Assembly: GCF_964355755.1 (NCBI RefSeq)
Contig: NC_092676.1
Location: 9,959,888-10,023,887 of the forward strand
DNA from: Antedon mediterranea
Taxonomy: Eukaryota > Animalia > Echinodermata
DNA: 64,000 nt
Reading direction: 5' to 3'
The notes beneath the pieces were generated by a model. The model was not told where the DNA came from. It ran no database searches and saw only the letters and a program-made list of their open reading frames with translations. The position numbers were made by a program, and so were the translations under genes. Below are positions 25,001-37,400 of this stretch, piece by piece. Every line of letters begins with the position of its first letter. Within the stretch, counting starts at the first letter, position 1.

Positions 25001-28000
25001 GAGACCTAAATATACGAAAAGGGAGACCCACGTACGAAAAGGGAGACCCCACTATACGAAAAGGGAGACCCCACTATACGAAAAGGGAGACCCTAATATA
25101 CAAAAAGGGAGACCTAAATATACGAAAAGGGAGACCAAATATACGAAAAGGGAGACCCAAATATACGAAATGGGAGACCCAAATATACGAAAAAAGAGAC
25201 CAGACTATACGAAAAGGGAGACCCTAATATACGAAAAGGGAGACCCAAATATAGGTCTCCCTTTTCGTATTGGGTCTCGTGTCAGGTCTCTGGTCTCGGG
25301 TCTCTAGTTTCGAAACACCCGTTAAAAACAGATGATTTCATTTTTACAGAAACCGGTCCTATATATTTGTCTACTTTTAGATTGGGGGGGGGGGGGGTAG
25401 TTGACCGGGGGGGTAGTTGACCGGGGGGTAGTTGACCGGGGGGTAGTTGTCCTAAGGGGGTAGTTGTCCTAAGGGGGTGGTTGTCCGGGGGGTAGTTGTC
25501 CGGGGGGTTGTTATCCTAAGGGGTAGTTGTCCTAAGGGGGTAGTTGTCCGGGGGGTAATTGTCCGGGGGGTAGTTGTCCTAAGGGGGTAGTTGTCCGGGT
25601 GGTAAACATCCGGGGGGGTAACTGTCTAGGGGGTAGGTGTCTTAGAACCGTCGTAGTTCGGTGAATTGCGCCACCTCTCGTCTGATTTTCAGCTTTCTGC
25701 TGGTGTCCTCATTTGGATGCTCGGGTGTCCCTTTTTATTAACTATTTATTTAATATCCATTGAAACCAGATGAAATTTTTTGAGAAGGAATTCGTTGCAG
25801 AAAAAAATGAACGGAAGATAAAAATATGAATAGGTATACACATCACGTAAAACTTCGAATTGCGTAAATAAACTCATCATATATTTTCTGTATTTACTGG
25901 TTTGTTATATATTATACACTAAATATTCTTTTTTATAGGAATGAGTGATATTTCCGTTTCTCAGAGGTTAGCAATGGCAAACGCAGTAAAGAAGGTTATG
26001 GAGACCCAATCACGAACGTTGTCAATGCTGAAGGCAGATAGATTTCTGGCTGATGCTGAATGGTCGCTTGTGGAGAGAGTCTGCGATATCAAAGATCCTT
26101 ACACTTCAGAAGGAGGAGAAGTGTGTATACAATTGTTTTTAGATAATAATACTCATCAACATTTGTTTGTTGGTGATGTCAATGGTTGTTCATAATATTG
26201 TACGATTTTGAATGTTTTTATAACTAATGCAGGATACTAAGTTTAGTCCATAAAAAAGTAATGCGAACTTCTAATCATAGATACTACTTAAAAGCAATCG
26301 TTTGTAGACGAGCCAAGATTGCAACTAAGTGAACAGCTTTTATTAACTGATTCAGATTAAAGCAAATATGTAACGAAAGAAATTAGTGAGCATCGACTTC
26401 ACAATAACTTTCATGTATTAATTTGTACAGACAGAGGGTGATGGTGAAACAAAGCATGACCAGATATCGGGAATACGAAAAAGCAAATGTCCAAGTTGTA
26501 AAACACTAGTACCAAACGAACCATCGAAAAAAGAGTATGATGACATGTCGGAGGAAGCTCGTCTTAGGATGCTTAAAGCAGAACGTGTACCGTACAGTAT
26601 TCGTTATTATACAAATAATGATTGTTTATGAGTGCGATGGTACAAATAATTGAATGATGAAAGAAGGAATTCTATATTTCACGAGGCGAAACCCGTGTTA
26701 AGACAAAATGTCATATTTCACCGAATTTAATGATTTGTACCATCGCACAAATAATAAAAACATTCGTTATTTGTTGTAGATAAAATCTAAATAGGTTCTT
26801 GCTATTGTTGTGAAGGAGAGATCACGTCGTGCACGTCGATTCCTCCATTCGCAGAACAACAGATGGTGCATGCTGCTATTGGATTTCACGTACATTTTTT
26901 CGTACGCGATTAAAAAAAAAGAAAAAAGTAATATTAAACGATCGGTAAATAGTACGTGCTATTGCACTCCATGTGACCCACAATCGTCCAATCAAATGAC
27001 AGGAATTTATTTAGGTGCTATATAATCTTCGATATGTGATTTGCATTTATTAAAACTACAAGCCGTAATATGAACTTTAATTGAGTATTTTTTAATTATA
27101 GATCAGTTATTGGAAACAATTTGAACATGGAATGCTATCGAGAGAAGCAACTCGAGTTTTGGTTGGTTGCACAGAATCAGCGGCCGATGTTCACGACGAA
27201 TTGATTAAAGTTGATGAGATTAAAAAGAACTGGCAGATTAAAGGCATATATCCATATATGGTTAGTTAAACTTGTTTATTTAAACTTAAATCGTTTTAAT
27301 ATATACACAATATCATTTAAACGTTTCTTATAATAATAGGTATATTTTAAAAAAGAAAATAATCAACTACAACTCAAATCAATTCAAGTATCTCCATCAT
27401 TTTTGTACAATTTTGACGGATAACTTTTTTAAAATAATCCTATTAAAGCATAACAAATACGAATAACTCATTGTTTGTTCTCTTTTAGAAACGCAAATTT
27501 GAAGAGTGGATAAGTGTGAAAAAGAAAGAAAGCATACCACCACCAAGTAACAAGTTCCAAAATATCTTCTTTAAAATCTCTATGCATCAAGCATTCGAGC
27601 TGTTCATTTACTTCGTCATCTTTGCCAACATGGTACCGATTATTTTGGAGTTCGTTATAGATACAGAGCACTTACGGTACGACGATTACAAACCAGTTAT
27701 GCGAATTTCGAACTTCATTTTTATGTCTATTTACATCTTGGAGGCAATGATAAAGGTAACTAATGATGTAGAGAAATTATCAAATTGCACAGTATACCAT
27801 TCTACTTATATATATAATATATACTTATGTATAATGTATATAACTTTTGTATAAATAAGTGTAACTAACACCCATTAACAAATTGAGGGCGTACTTTACG
27901 CGTAGAATACCAAATAAGGTAATGTTCGTCACGCTTTCTCAATTCACAATCAGTACATAGATTTCTACGCGATTAAATCTAATTCTAGGGCTATTATAAG

Positions 28001-28375
28001 AATAAGTTATATATATTTATATAAATAAATGAAAGACACTAGTAAATTACCAACTGAACATTTTATTGCACTACAGGCTGTTTCATGAGTATGAACTCAA
28101 TCTTCAGGTGCTTGGCTCTGAATGATAGTCACAAGTGAATACAAAAAGCTATAATGAAGTCTTAAGGCAAACTGTTTATGTGAACAATAGTATGCTAATT
28201 AGCAAGTACAACACATCTCTATTTCCTGGACAGTCTATTGTTAACCAAATTCTTATTATCTAAATTACTGATACTTTAGTAGAAACTTTCTCCTATGTCT
28301 ACATGCCCTGACTAATTCGCTCTACATTTTGTATTGAGCACTTTCGCTTTCATGGTCTGCGTTAAATTCACCACG

Positions 28376-28421
<46 letters not shown>

Positions 28422-31400
28422 CTTATAGTCCAGTCAATCTACGTTTTTTGGTGGACAAAATTGCAATAAATGATTTTATACACTTATTTGATAGATACAA
28501 ATATCAGGTCATCTAGGTCACCTGTTTGGACTATTACAACTTGTCAATAATACGTATAAGCAACAAAAAGAGAGCTTTAAGACTCCTTCGAGTAGGCTTT
28601 AATTTTAAAGACCACTTACACATACCGCGGTATAGCAAAGACTACTTGCTATGTATATATATAATTATACCCGGCTAAGCGCTAAGACCGTTTATAGACT
28701 AGATTAATTTTTTCCGGTATCACACAGATGCCGTGATCAGTAATTTCAATAATACATTTGTTTATTTAATATTAAGATAAGATAAGATAAGATAAGATAA
28801 CTTTTATTGATCCTCAAAAAGGAAATTCATTGCTCGTCATAATAACAAAGAAAACACTATAAAAACAAATATAGCATAAAACCATTCATATAAAAACATC
28901 TAAAAAATTACAATATAAAATTATTAGTCCAGTAAAATATCACCTTCACCATTGCATAACGTTAGTAGTCAACGAGATTCTCACCGTAGGTTCTAAACAT
29001 TATGTAAAGATCATTTATATATGTTGCGTCGCGTAAAAGTTGGGATTTGTGGAGAAAATGAAGTTTTTATACGCAGTTTTTGCTTCCTATCGTCGTGGTT
29101 TGTTTTCATCGAAAAATGACGTCATGGGGCATAAGTGAATGACACGCCATTGTCGACATTTGCGTTCGTATTAAAAAGTGAATTTTAAATGTACGAATAT
29201 GGTATTAATTATCTGTATTACATTGTATTATTATGTATCGCATATATAACAAGTCATTTTGATAAAAAATAAGTCAAATAAATATGAAAAACAAAAGAAA
29301 ATTGTGATTTTTGCATGTCATCTGAAGTGACCTTCCATACAATGTGATAGCGCCCTCTATAAGTATTGATACACTCGCACTTCAAACTGCAAGCTTTTTG
29401 TTGTTATAAATTCATTCATTCAGAAATACAATTTAAGGAAGGAATCGAATCAAGGGCATTATTACTTGGTTTACTATATATTTATGATGTTTTCCCCAAA
29501 AATAATTACTACATTTTGCGAATTGTAGATGTACCGGCGGTATGAAATTAAAAAAAAGCTGTTTATGCGGTCTGTAGCCTAACGATATAATAATAATTAT
29601 ATGTATAAAATAATTGTTACTTTTTTCTGATAGATCAGTATGAATAATAATGTTTACTTAACGCTGCTTTAAGCACCATATTTAAAAAAAAAGAAACAAA
29701 TTGATTTAAGCTTACTTTTTGTCACGTTTTCGGTAATTAATCGTCTTCTTCGCTCTCACTATCTGATTCGTCACTGTTCTCATCATCCGATTCTGTTTGA
29801 AGAGGCCCCAGCAAATCGTTATCGCCAACGCACCATCCGTTATTGTCTTGGGGTTTCGGCAACTCTTAAATCGGCGTTAGTGCGAGCTTCCAGATCATGA
29901 CCAAGATAGTTCGATCGTGCGTCGTATATGTTGATGCAAGCATCTACGCGACGGTGGAAAGTTAGCTAAATCAATGTTTTTTAACACTGATTATCCGTCT
30001 TTTTCCTTGCATTTCCTGCGAAGAAAGTAAAATCTAAGTTCATCGGTACTCCTTGCTTTCGATCGGGATCCATATAAGACAGCGATGTTTTTTTTTTATA
30101 TTGTTACATTTTGTTTCGTCCATTATTGCAAAAGTCCTATTCGATACAGGCAGTGGCAGGAATCGACGAATAACCAATCTCACCAGTTTAGCCACCACTG
30201 AAATCACCCCAAGTCGATGTAATGCCATTCTAGGGCTGCATGCGTTCACAAAGTGCAGCACGACCAGCGCTTTCAAGGGAAAAGGAAAATTAAAGGCCAT
30301 TAAACTTGTCGAAAAATATCCAAAATTTGAAGAGGTTTTCAAGAAAGTAGGAGAAAGTTGGAAAGGAGAAGAAGAGTTAATGTTGGAACTGGAATAGTTC
30401 ACGTGCCTATTATTATTATATGGATTCCGTTCGAAAGCAAGGCGTAGGCCTACCGATGAACTTAGATTTGACTTTTTTCGCAGGAAATGCAAGAAAAAAA
30501 ACCCGGAATAATCAGTGTTAAAAAAACATTGATTTAAAAATTAGCTAACTTTCCACCGTCGCGTAGATGCTTGCATCAACATATACAACGCACGATGATC
30601 GAACTATCAAGTCAGGATCTGTGGAGGCTCGCACTAACACCGATTTTACGAGTTGCCGAAACCCCAAGACAATAACGGATGGTGCGTTGGCGATAACGAT
30701 TTGCTGGGGCCTTTGTGGTGTGAAAGCGAGATTCTTCCAACAGAATTGAACGAGCGATTGCTGAGAACTACTCCTTTAAGTCGGATGATGAGAACAGTGA
30801 CGAATCAGATAGTGAGAGTGAAGAAGATCGACAACTAATTACCGAAAACGTGACAAAAAATAGGCTTAAATCAATTTGTTTCTTTTCTTTTTAATAGGGT
30901 GCTTAAAGCAGCGCTAAGTAAACATATTCATACTGATTTATCAGAAAAAAGTAACAATTATTTTATACATATAATTATTATTATATCGTTAGGCTACAGA
31001 CCGCGTAAACATCTACAATTCGCAAAATGTACATACTAGTAATTATTTTTGGGGAAAACATCATAAATATATAATAAACCAAGTAATAATGCCCTTGATT
31101 CGATTCCTTCCTTAAATTGTATTTCTGAATGAATGAATATAACAACAAAAAGCTTGCAGTTTGAAGTGCGAGTGTATCAATACTTATAGAGGGCGCTATC
31201 ACATTGTATGGAAGGTCACTTCAGATGACATGCAAAAATCACAATTTTCCTTTGTTTTTCATATTTATTTGACTTATTTTTTATCAAAATGACTTGTTAT
31301 ATATGTGATACATAATAATACAATGTAATACAGATAATTAATACCATATTCGTACATTTAAAATTCACTTTTTAATACAAACGCAAATGTCGACAATGGC

Positions 31401-34400
31401 GTGTCATTCACTTATGCCCCATGACGTCATTTTTCGATGAAAACAAACCACGACGAAAGGAAGCAAAAACTGCGTATAAAAACTTCATTTTCTCTACAAA
31501 TCCCAACTTTTACGCGACGCAACATCAATAAATGATCTTTACATAATGTTTAGAACCTACGGTGAGAATCTCGTTGACTACTAACGTTATGCAATGGTGA
31601 AGGTGATATTTTACTGGACTATATCTTCTTGACTTCCTGTTGTACTGGATGATACCGGAGGGAATAAAGGATTTAGCAAATCGATTTGTTTTCACACTGA
31701 GGAGCCTCAATCTACCACTTGGATTAAGTTGGTCTATGATCACTTTGTGGAGAGGATGAGAGGCATCCGACTCAATGCGTTCGAAATCTTTCTGGAGGTG
31801 TTCTAGGTGCACATCGGTAAAGGAAGGCAGTTCCAGACCAATCATTTTACCAGCCCGACGGATGAAAGTTTCAAGGCGTCCTTTATTCCCTCCGGTAACA
31901 TTACCAGCCCAACAGGAGAGGCAATACGTCCAAACACTACATATAACGGATCTATAGAACGAAAGTAACATCAAATCACAGGAGTTAAATTTATATAAAG
32001 TTCTCATACAATACATTCTGGGACTTAATTTTTTGCTGATGAAGTCTATATGGTCTCCCCAACTCAGTTTATCATTGAAAACAATTCCTAGATACTTGTA
32101 CTGGTCAACAATTTCAATTTCTTTACCTTTGATAGTGATTGGTTGAAAATTAAATTTATGTTTAGTCCTAAAATCAATGATCATCCCCTTTGTTTTTGAT
32201 GCATTTATTTGGAGATAATTATCGTCACAAAATTTAACAAATCTTTGTATTTCGCTACGATAATTTTCATCATTGTTTGAAACTATGAGACCAATAGTAC
32301 TAGTGTCATCAGCGAATTTAACAACGGGGCAAAGCTCATCATTTAAAGATCTGTAATCCGCCGTATACAAGGAATATAATTTAGGTGCGTTGACAGTACC
32401 CTGAGGAACACCGGTGTCAGAGGTTACGATTTCTGACTTAACACCATTAATATTAACAAATTGTTTTCTATCACAAATGAAATTTAAAACTAAACGAACA
32501 ATCGGACGGGGAAACTCCATATTCAACATTTTGTCTGCTAAGATATGGGGTTGTATGGTATTAAACGCAGATTGAAAATCAAAATACATAATACGTGCCG
32601 AGTGGCCTTTCTTTACATTATCTAGATGTGAATACAATTTATGTAATTTAAAATAAATCGCATCACTGGTACTACGGAGTGATCGGTAAGCAAATTGCAA
32701 CGGGTCTAACACTTTTTCAGCATAAGGTTGCATAATTTTTAAAATAATACGTTCCAATATTTTCATCGCGACAGACGTGAGTGCAACGGGTCTCAAATCA
32801 TTCATGCTGTTAATCTTAGGTTTCTTAGGTACCGGTATTATGCATGAAAGTTTCCAAATATCCGGGAACGCATGATAAGAAAGACACATATTGAAAATAA
32901 ATGTAAATATACCATCAAGGTGAGGAGAGCAGACCTTAAGTACTCGTGGTGGGATTCTATCCGGCCCAGCAGCCTTCGATGAATTGAGTTTCATGAATTC
33001 GTTATGTACATCAGAAATGCTTATACTAAATTTGGGATCATCTTCAGTCACCCGACACAAGCTAAATAGAGCCTCTCTTTCTTTTTTAAAATCATGAACA
33101 TTAAAACGGTTATAAAATTCATTTAACTCATTAACATATTGCACAGTAACATTCGGAATCGAGGTGGGTGTATTGGTTATCAATGCATACCTTTATATAC
33201 GAAAATGGCGTATTAAGGACAATAAACAGTTTAATTGTTTGTTTGCGCGTGAATCCGGAAATTCCATTGGAAGTTGTGACAAATCTATGTTTATAAATTT
33301 CTATTTTGCAGGCCTATACAAACAAACATTAATTTTCTACGTCAAAAAAGTATATCACAATAACATTCTTTCTCTTACTAGGGGATTGGATTGCGGAAAT
33401 ACTATGTTTTAAGTCATTGGAACAAATTTGACTTACTTATAATACTGGTGTCAATAATCGATATTGTGATTGATGAAACATTGACCGATATCAATATGAA
33501 CACCAGCGTGCTGAAGATTCCAAAATTATTCCGTACATTTAGGAGTTTACGTATGCTGCGTCTAGTAAAGGTACCACATAATATTTTAGTTAATATTCAT
33601 GGTGGTATGTATATTTATATGAAATTAATCCGAATATATTCACACGCAATATACGCACACACAAACAAACAAAAATTTCCATAAATGTATAGATTGATTG
33701 ATAATTGAAGAATTAGTTTAACATTTCACAGTAAAGCCGTAAATTATCCTGCTTGATTCGAACTTTATAGTTTCTAAATAAATACTACCTGTACCAGGTT
33801 ACCTAGGTTTGCTGGAGAAGAAACACACACACACACACATTGTTAGATTACAGTATAGTCAGGAATTTAGCATATCTTAAATAGAAAAGAAAAATATTTT
33901 TTAAGTAACATGCAATTTTTGATCTCCAGGCACTCATTCCAAGAATTATGGGTTTCTTAAACACCCGAATTAACAAGAAATTGAGTTTAGGTTATGATGT
34001 TGGTAAAGGATTTGTTATTGGTGAAGAAGAGGTCAGTAAACTTGTTGAACATATGGTGGACAATAAGGACATCCTAAAAGATTTAAAGCGCAGATCAGAA
34101 TTATCTCGTCTTGAAGTTATACGTGAACTCGGTAAACTATTTTAAGGTGTAAAACAAATTACATCACAACATGGAACGTGAAGTTCCGCCCACATTGTAA
34201 CCAAATGAATTACGTTGGGAACGTTATTTCTGTAAATGATGCCATACCAAAATATTTCAGCCAACTGAAAAAACTCGAACTCCGGTTTCTTTATATTAAG
34301 AGGCCATTTCTTTAGACAATTACATCTGTCTAAGTTGAATAGTATACAAATAATGAATGTTTGTTAGTGCAATGGTACAAATAATGGCACGAGGTGAATG

Positions 34401-37400
34401 ATGAAAGGTTATATCAACGAGGCAAAGCCGAGTTGATATAACCTTTCATCATTCACCAAGTGCCATTATTTGTACCATTACACGAATACAAAACATTCAT
34501 TATTTGTTTTATATAACATCTAAATAACAAACAAAAATGTTTCAAAAAGTAATATTTAACGATCGTTGAATAGTGCGTACTATTGCACGCCATGTGACCC
34601 ACATTCGTCCAATCAAATGACAGGAATTTATATAGGTGTTATATAATACACATTGCACAACAGAGATGAAAAAACGACATTACTTACATTACTTACCCTT
34701 ACACTGATTTACATTGATGGCTACCGAAATGTAATACTGGTATATAATAGAAAAGTAATTAGTTTCATAGCGGATGTGTTGTTTTTTAAGGTCTTTTACA
34801 GCGAGAACATCCTGGCATTGCAGTTTCGGTAAAAACACGTCAAGCTATTCGCACAGTCCTCAACCATTCACGTGATACAATTACAGAGTTACAAGGAGCT
34901 GGTCTTCTTGATGAAACTGACGCACACAAATTACAAATGGTAACAACGATTCTTTATTTAATATAGAATCGTTTGTTGATTATCGATGTTTACCTGTATC
35001 ATGTTACTTAAATTTAAGATAGTACCGAGAATCGTCTTGAGGCTATTCTACACACTAAGCATGATATTACATTACGGCATATTATTGTTGTTATACTAGA
35101 CAACCGATTGTTAACAAACCACTCTAGGCGATATTTTACTCTTTTCTGATTACTTTATCTACTTAAACAAATTTAAACTTCATTTTTTGCTAATCAAGAA
35201 CGTAGAGGTTAGGATGAAACGATTATTAAATGCACCGGCTTCGATTCCACCCCCACCTCCTGAGTTTTTACTGAAAAATGTTGCATGGTTAGAAGGAGAT
35301 ACAAAACTCATAGAGTTTATTAAGGTAATGTTATACTCTTTGATACAATTTAAATATTGCGGAAAAATTTTGAAATCCACCAAGAAAGAACTATATCGCT
35401 AAAGCTCTGTTTACACTTTCAAACTTTATGTGACAAAACATGTGATGACGTCATATCAATACCATTATTTAGGCACATCACACATTGTTTGTCAAACTAG
35501 TTTGATAGCGTAGACAGAGCTAGCTAGTCTAGCTATACCTTGTGTAAGAGCCAGTATCTATTATAAATCAGTAACGTCTACATACTTGTAATTTAGTCAA
35601 GAGCTGAATTATTGCACTACGACTTTGGCGAGGTGATTATCAAACAAGGAGAGAAACCAAATGGAATATATCTAATTGTATCCGGCATGATCAAGGTATA
35701 TTTTTGGCATATATTAATTTTACAACAAAGTTATTATCTTTAGTGTAATCGCAGATAAAAAAGTGCTTCACAATGGAGAGAAACCCATGACGTATGGCTG
35801 CACTATTTATAATTTTACTTTTGTAACCTGTTTTGGCCTGGTTGTGGGTTCTTCATAATATTTTAGATTATTAATCATAATTATTATACCAATATCGCTG
35901 TTATTTTTTCAGAGCACCTGACATTCGCATTAATTTCATTCTACCTATAATTATTATATAGTATATCTATGGGTGTTGATATAAGTTTGCGGTACACCAC
36001 GTATATTAGTTCAGCATTTAATTTCGCCATGCAAACCTTCAAACAATATAATATCTATGGTTATTGTACATATTTCATAATTTACAAATTCTAAAATAAT
36101 TTTTCTTTCTCATTTTTAGATTCGTAGAGAGTTTTGTTTAGAGTTTGTGTATGCTTATTATTTTAAACGTACCGAATAAATAATTATTTAGGCTTATATT
36201 TTTTTTTGCTTAAGTTATTGGGGTCGACTGAAAACTTAGACCACGAACATCAGCAAACGCTGGCATCAATCAATAGAGGAGCAACTGACGTGTTTGAAGA
36301 CTATCTTACAGCCGGTAACGTCATTGGTGAAATGGGTCTTTTGACTGGAAAGCCTAGAAATGCAACAGTTACATGTGAAACATCTGTACTGGTAAGGAAT
36401 GACAGTTAAATGAATTTGATTTGATTCTAGTAAGTCTAAAGGAATATATTGCAATTTAATAAATACAATACACTAGCTAGTATTCTTAAAAATAACTACA
36501 GTACGACTTGAAAAGTACTATAGCTCAATCAATTCATAAATAAACAAAGGCGGGGTTTGCACTTCACCTAATGAATTTGGTCGACTATTAGACGTTTGAA
36601 AAACAAAAGATAAATTTTGAGGGGAAAATACGACAAAACAAATCTTTATATAAAGTGTACAAAGATGATCAAGAAACACACTAGCCTGACCACAAAAAGG
36701 TACTAACTAGGCCCTCAAAAAACCTCTCTCGTGTTGAAATAATTGACATGACTGTTTTATAATACGGGTATTCGGAAAATAAAAAAAAGTACACTAGAAA
36801 ATTGCATAGTGTGTGTTGTAGACTATAGTTATAGCAACCAAACTATCACGTTTGCGCAATAAAAATAAACATGTCTTAACTCCAAAAAGGTTTATTATAT
36901 CAACTTGGACGACATGCATGTTGCTATTGACACGTTCACATTGGAACCATCGCTTGAAAGTCGTTTATGGCGTGTGTGTGGAATTCGAATCGCAACACAA
37001 TTGCTATTAGAACAAATGAGCTATCAGGTAAAAGTATTGAATGCATTCTTCAGAATTAAAATTTAAGTTCACTACACATATTAAACATGTTTACTAATGA
37101 ATAGATACTTCGCCAAATTTTGCGTTTCTATATTTACACAATGTTTATCACATAACTTAGTGAATCAACTTGTGAAATTTTTTCTGAACTAAATTTGATC
37201 TTGACTAAAGCTTTCTTCCCAACGCAAGGACGTAAGTGCAACACATGCGATTTGACGAATAAAAAACACCACCTCGGATAATGCATTGCTTTTGATTGGT
37301 TGAATTAATTGTGGGAACCAAGCGAGTTCCGACCCGTTGACACCTGGCTTTTTTCCACCGGCTTTTTGCCACTCGGCCTGTTACTACCTTAGGTATGTTG

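Larger units (their letters stand above)
23706..25784 (-). mobile_element. Short non-autonomous Penelope-like/retrozyme element (~250 bp net) carrying a hammerhead, split by a MULE-like insertion
   Basis: 12-bp TSD AAGGAATTCGTT (23694-23705, 25785-25796); hammerhead at 23754-23794. Confidence 0.7.
28774..33183 (-). mobile_element. 5'-truncated Rex1/Babar-type LINE with an uninterrupted RT ORF; interrupted at its stop codon by an Academ element
   Basis: Motifs RPVALTS, QFAYR, DFQSAFNTI, GVPQGTV, KFADD, YKYLG. The 3' UTR ends GGATCAATAAAAG(TTATC)n at 28774-28815. Confidence 0.9.

Noticed and set aside
24973-25227. 84-aa K/R-rich ORF
   Set aside because: Translation of the 22-bp repeat inside a MITE.
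28426-28701. Small TAG...CTA Academ-like MITE
   Set aside because: The TIR match is short and no TSD was found.
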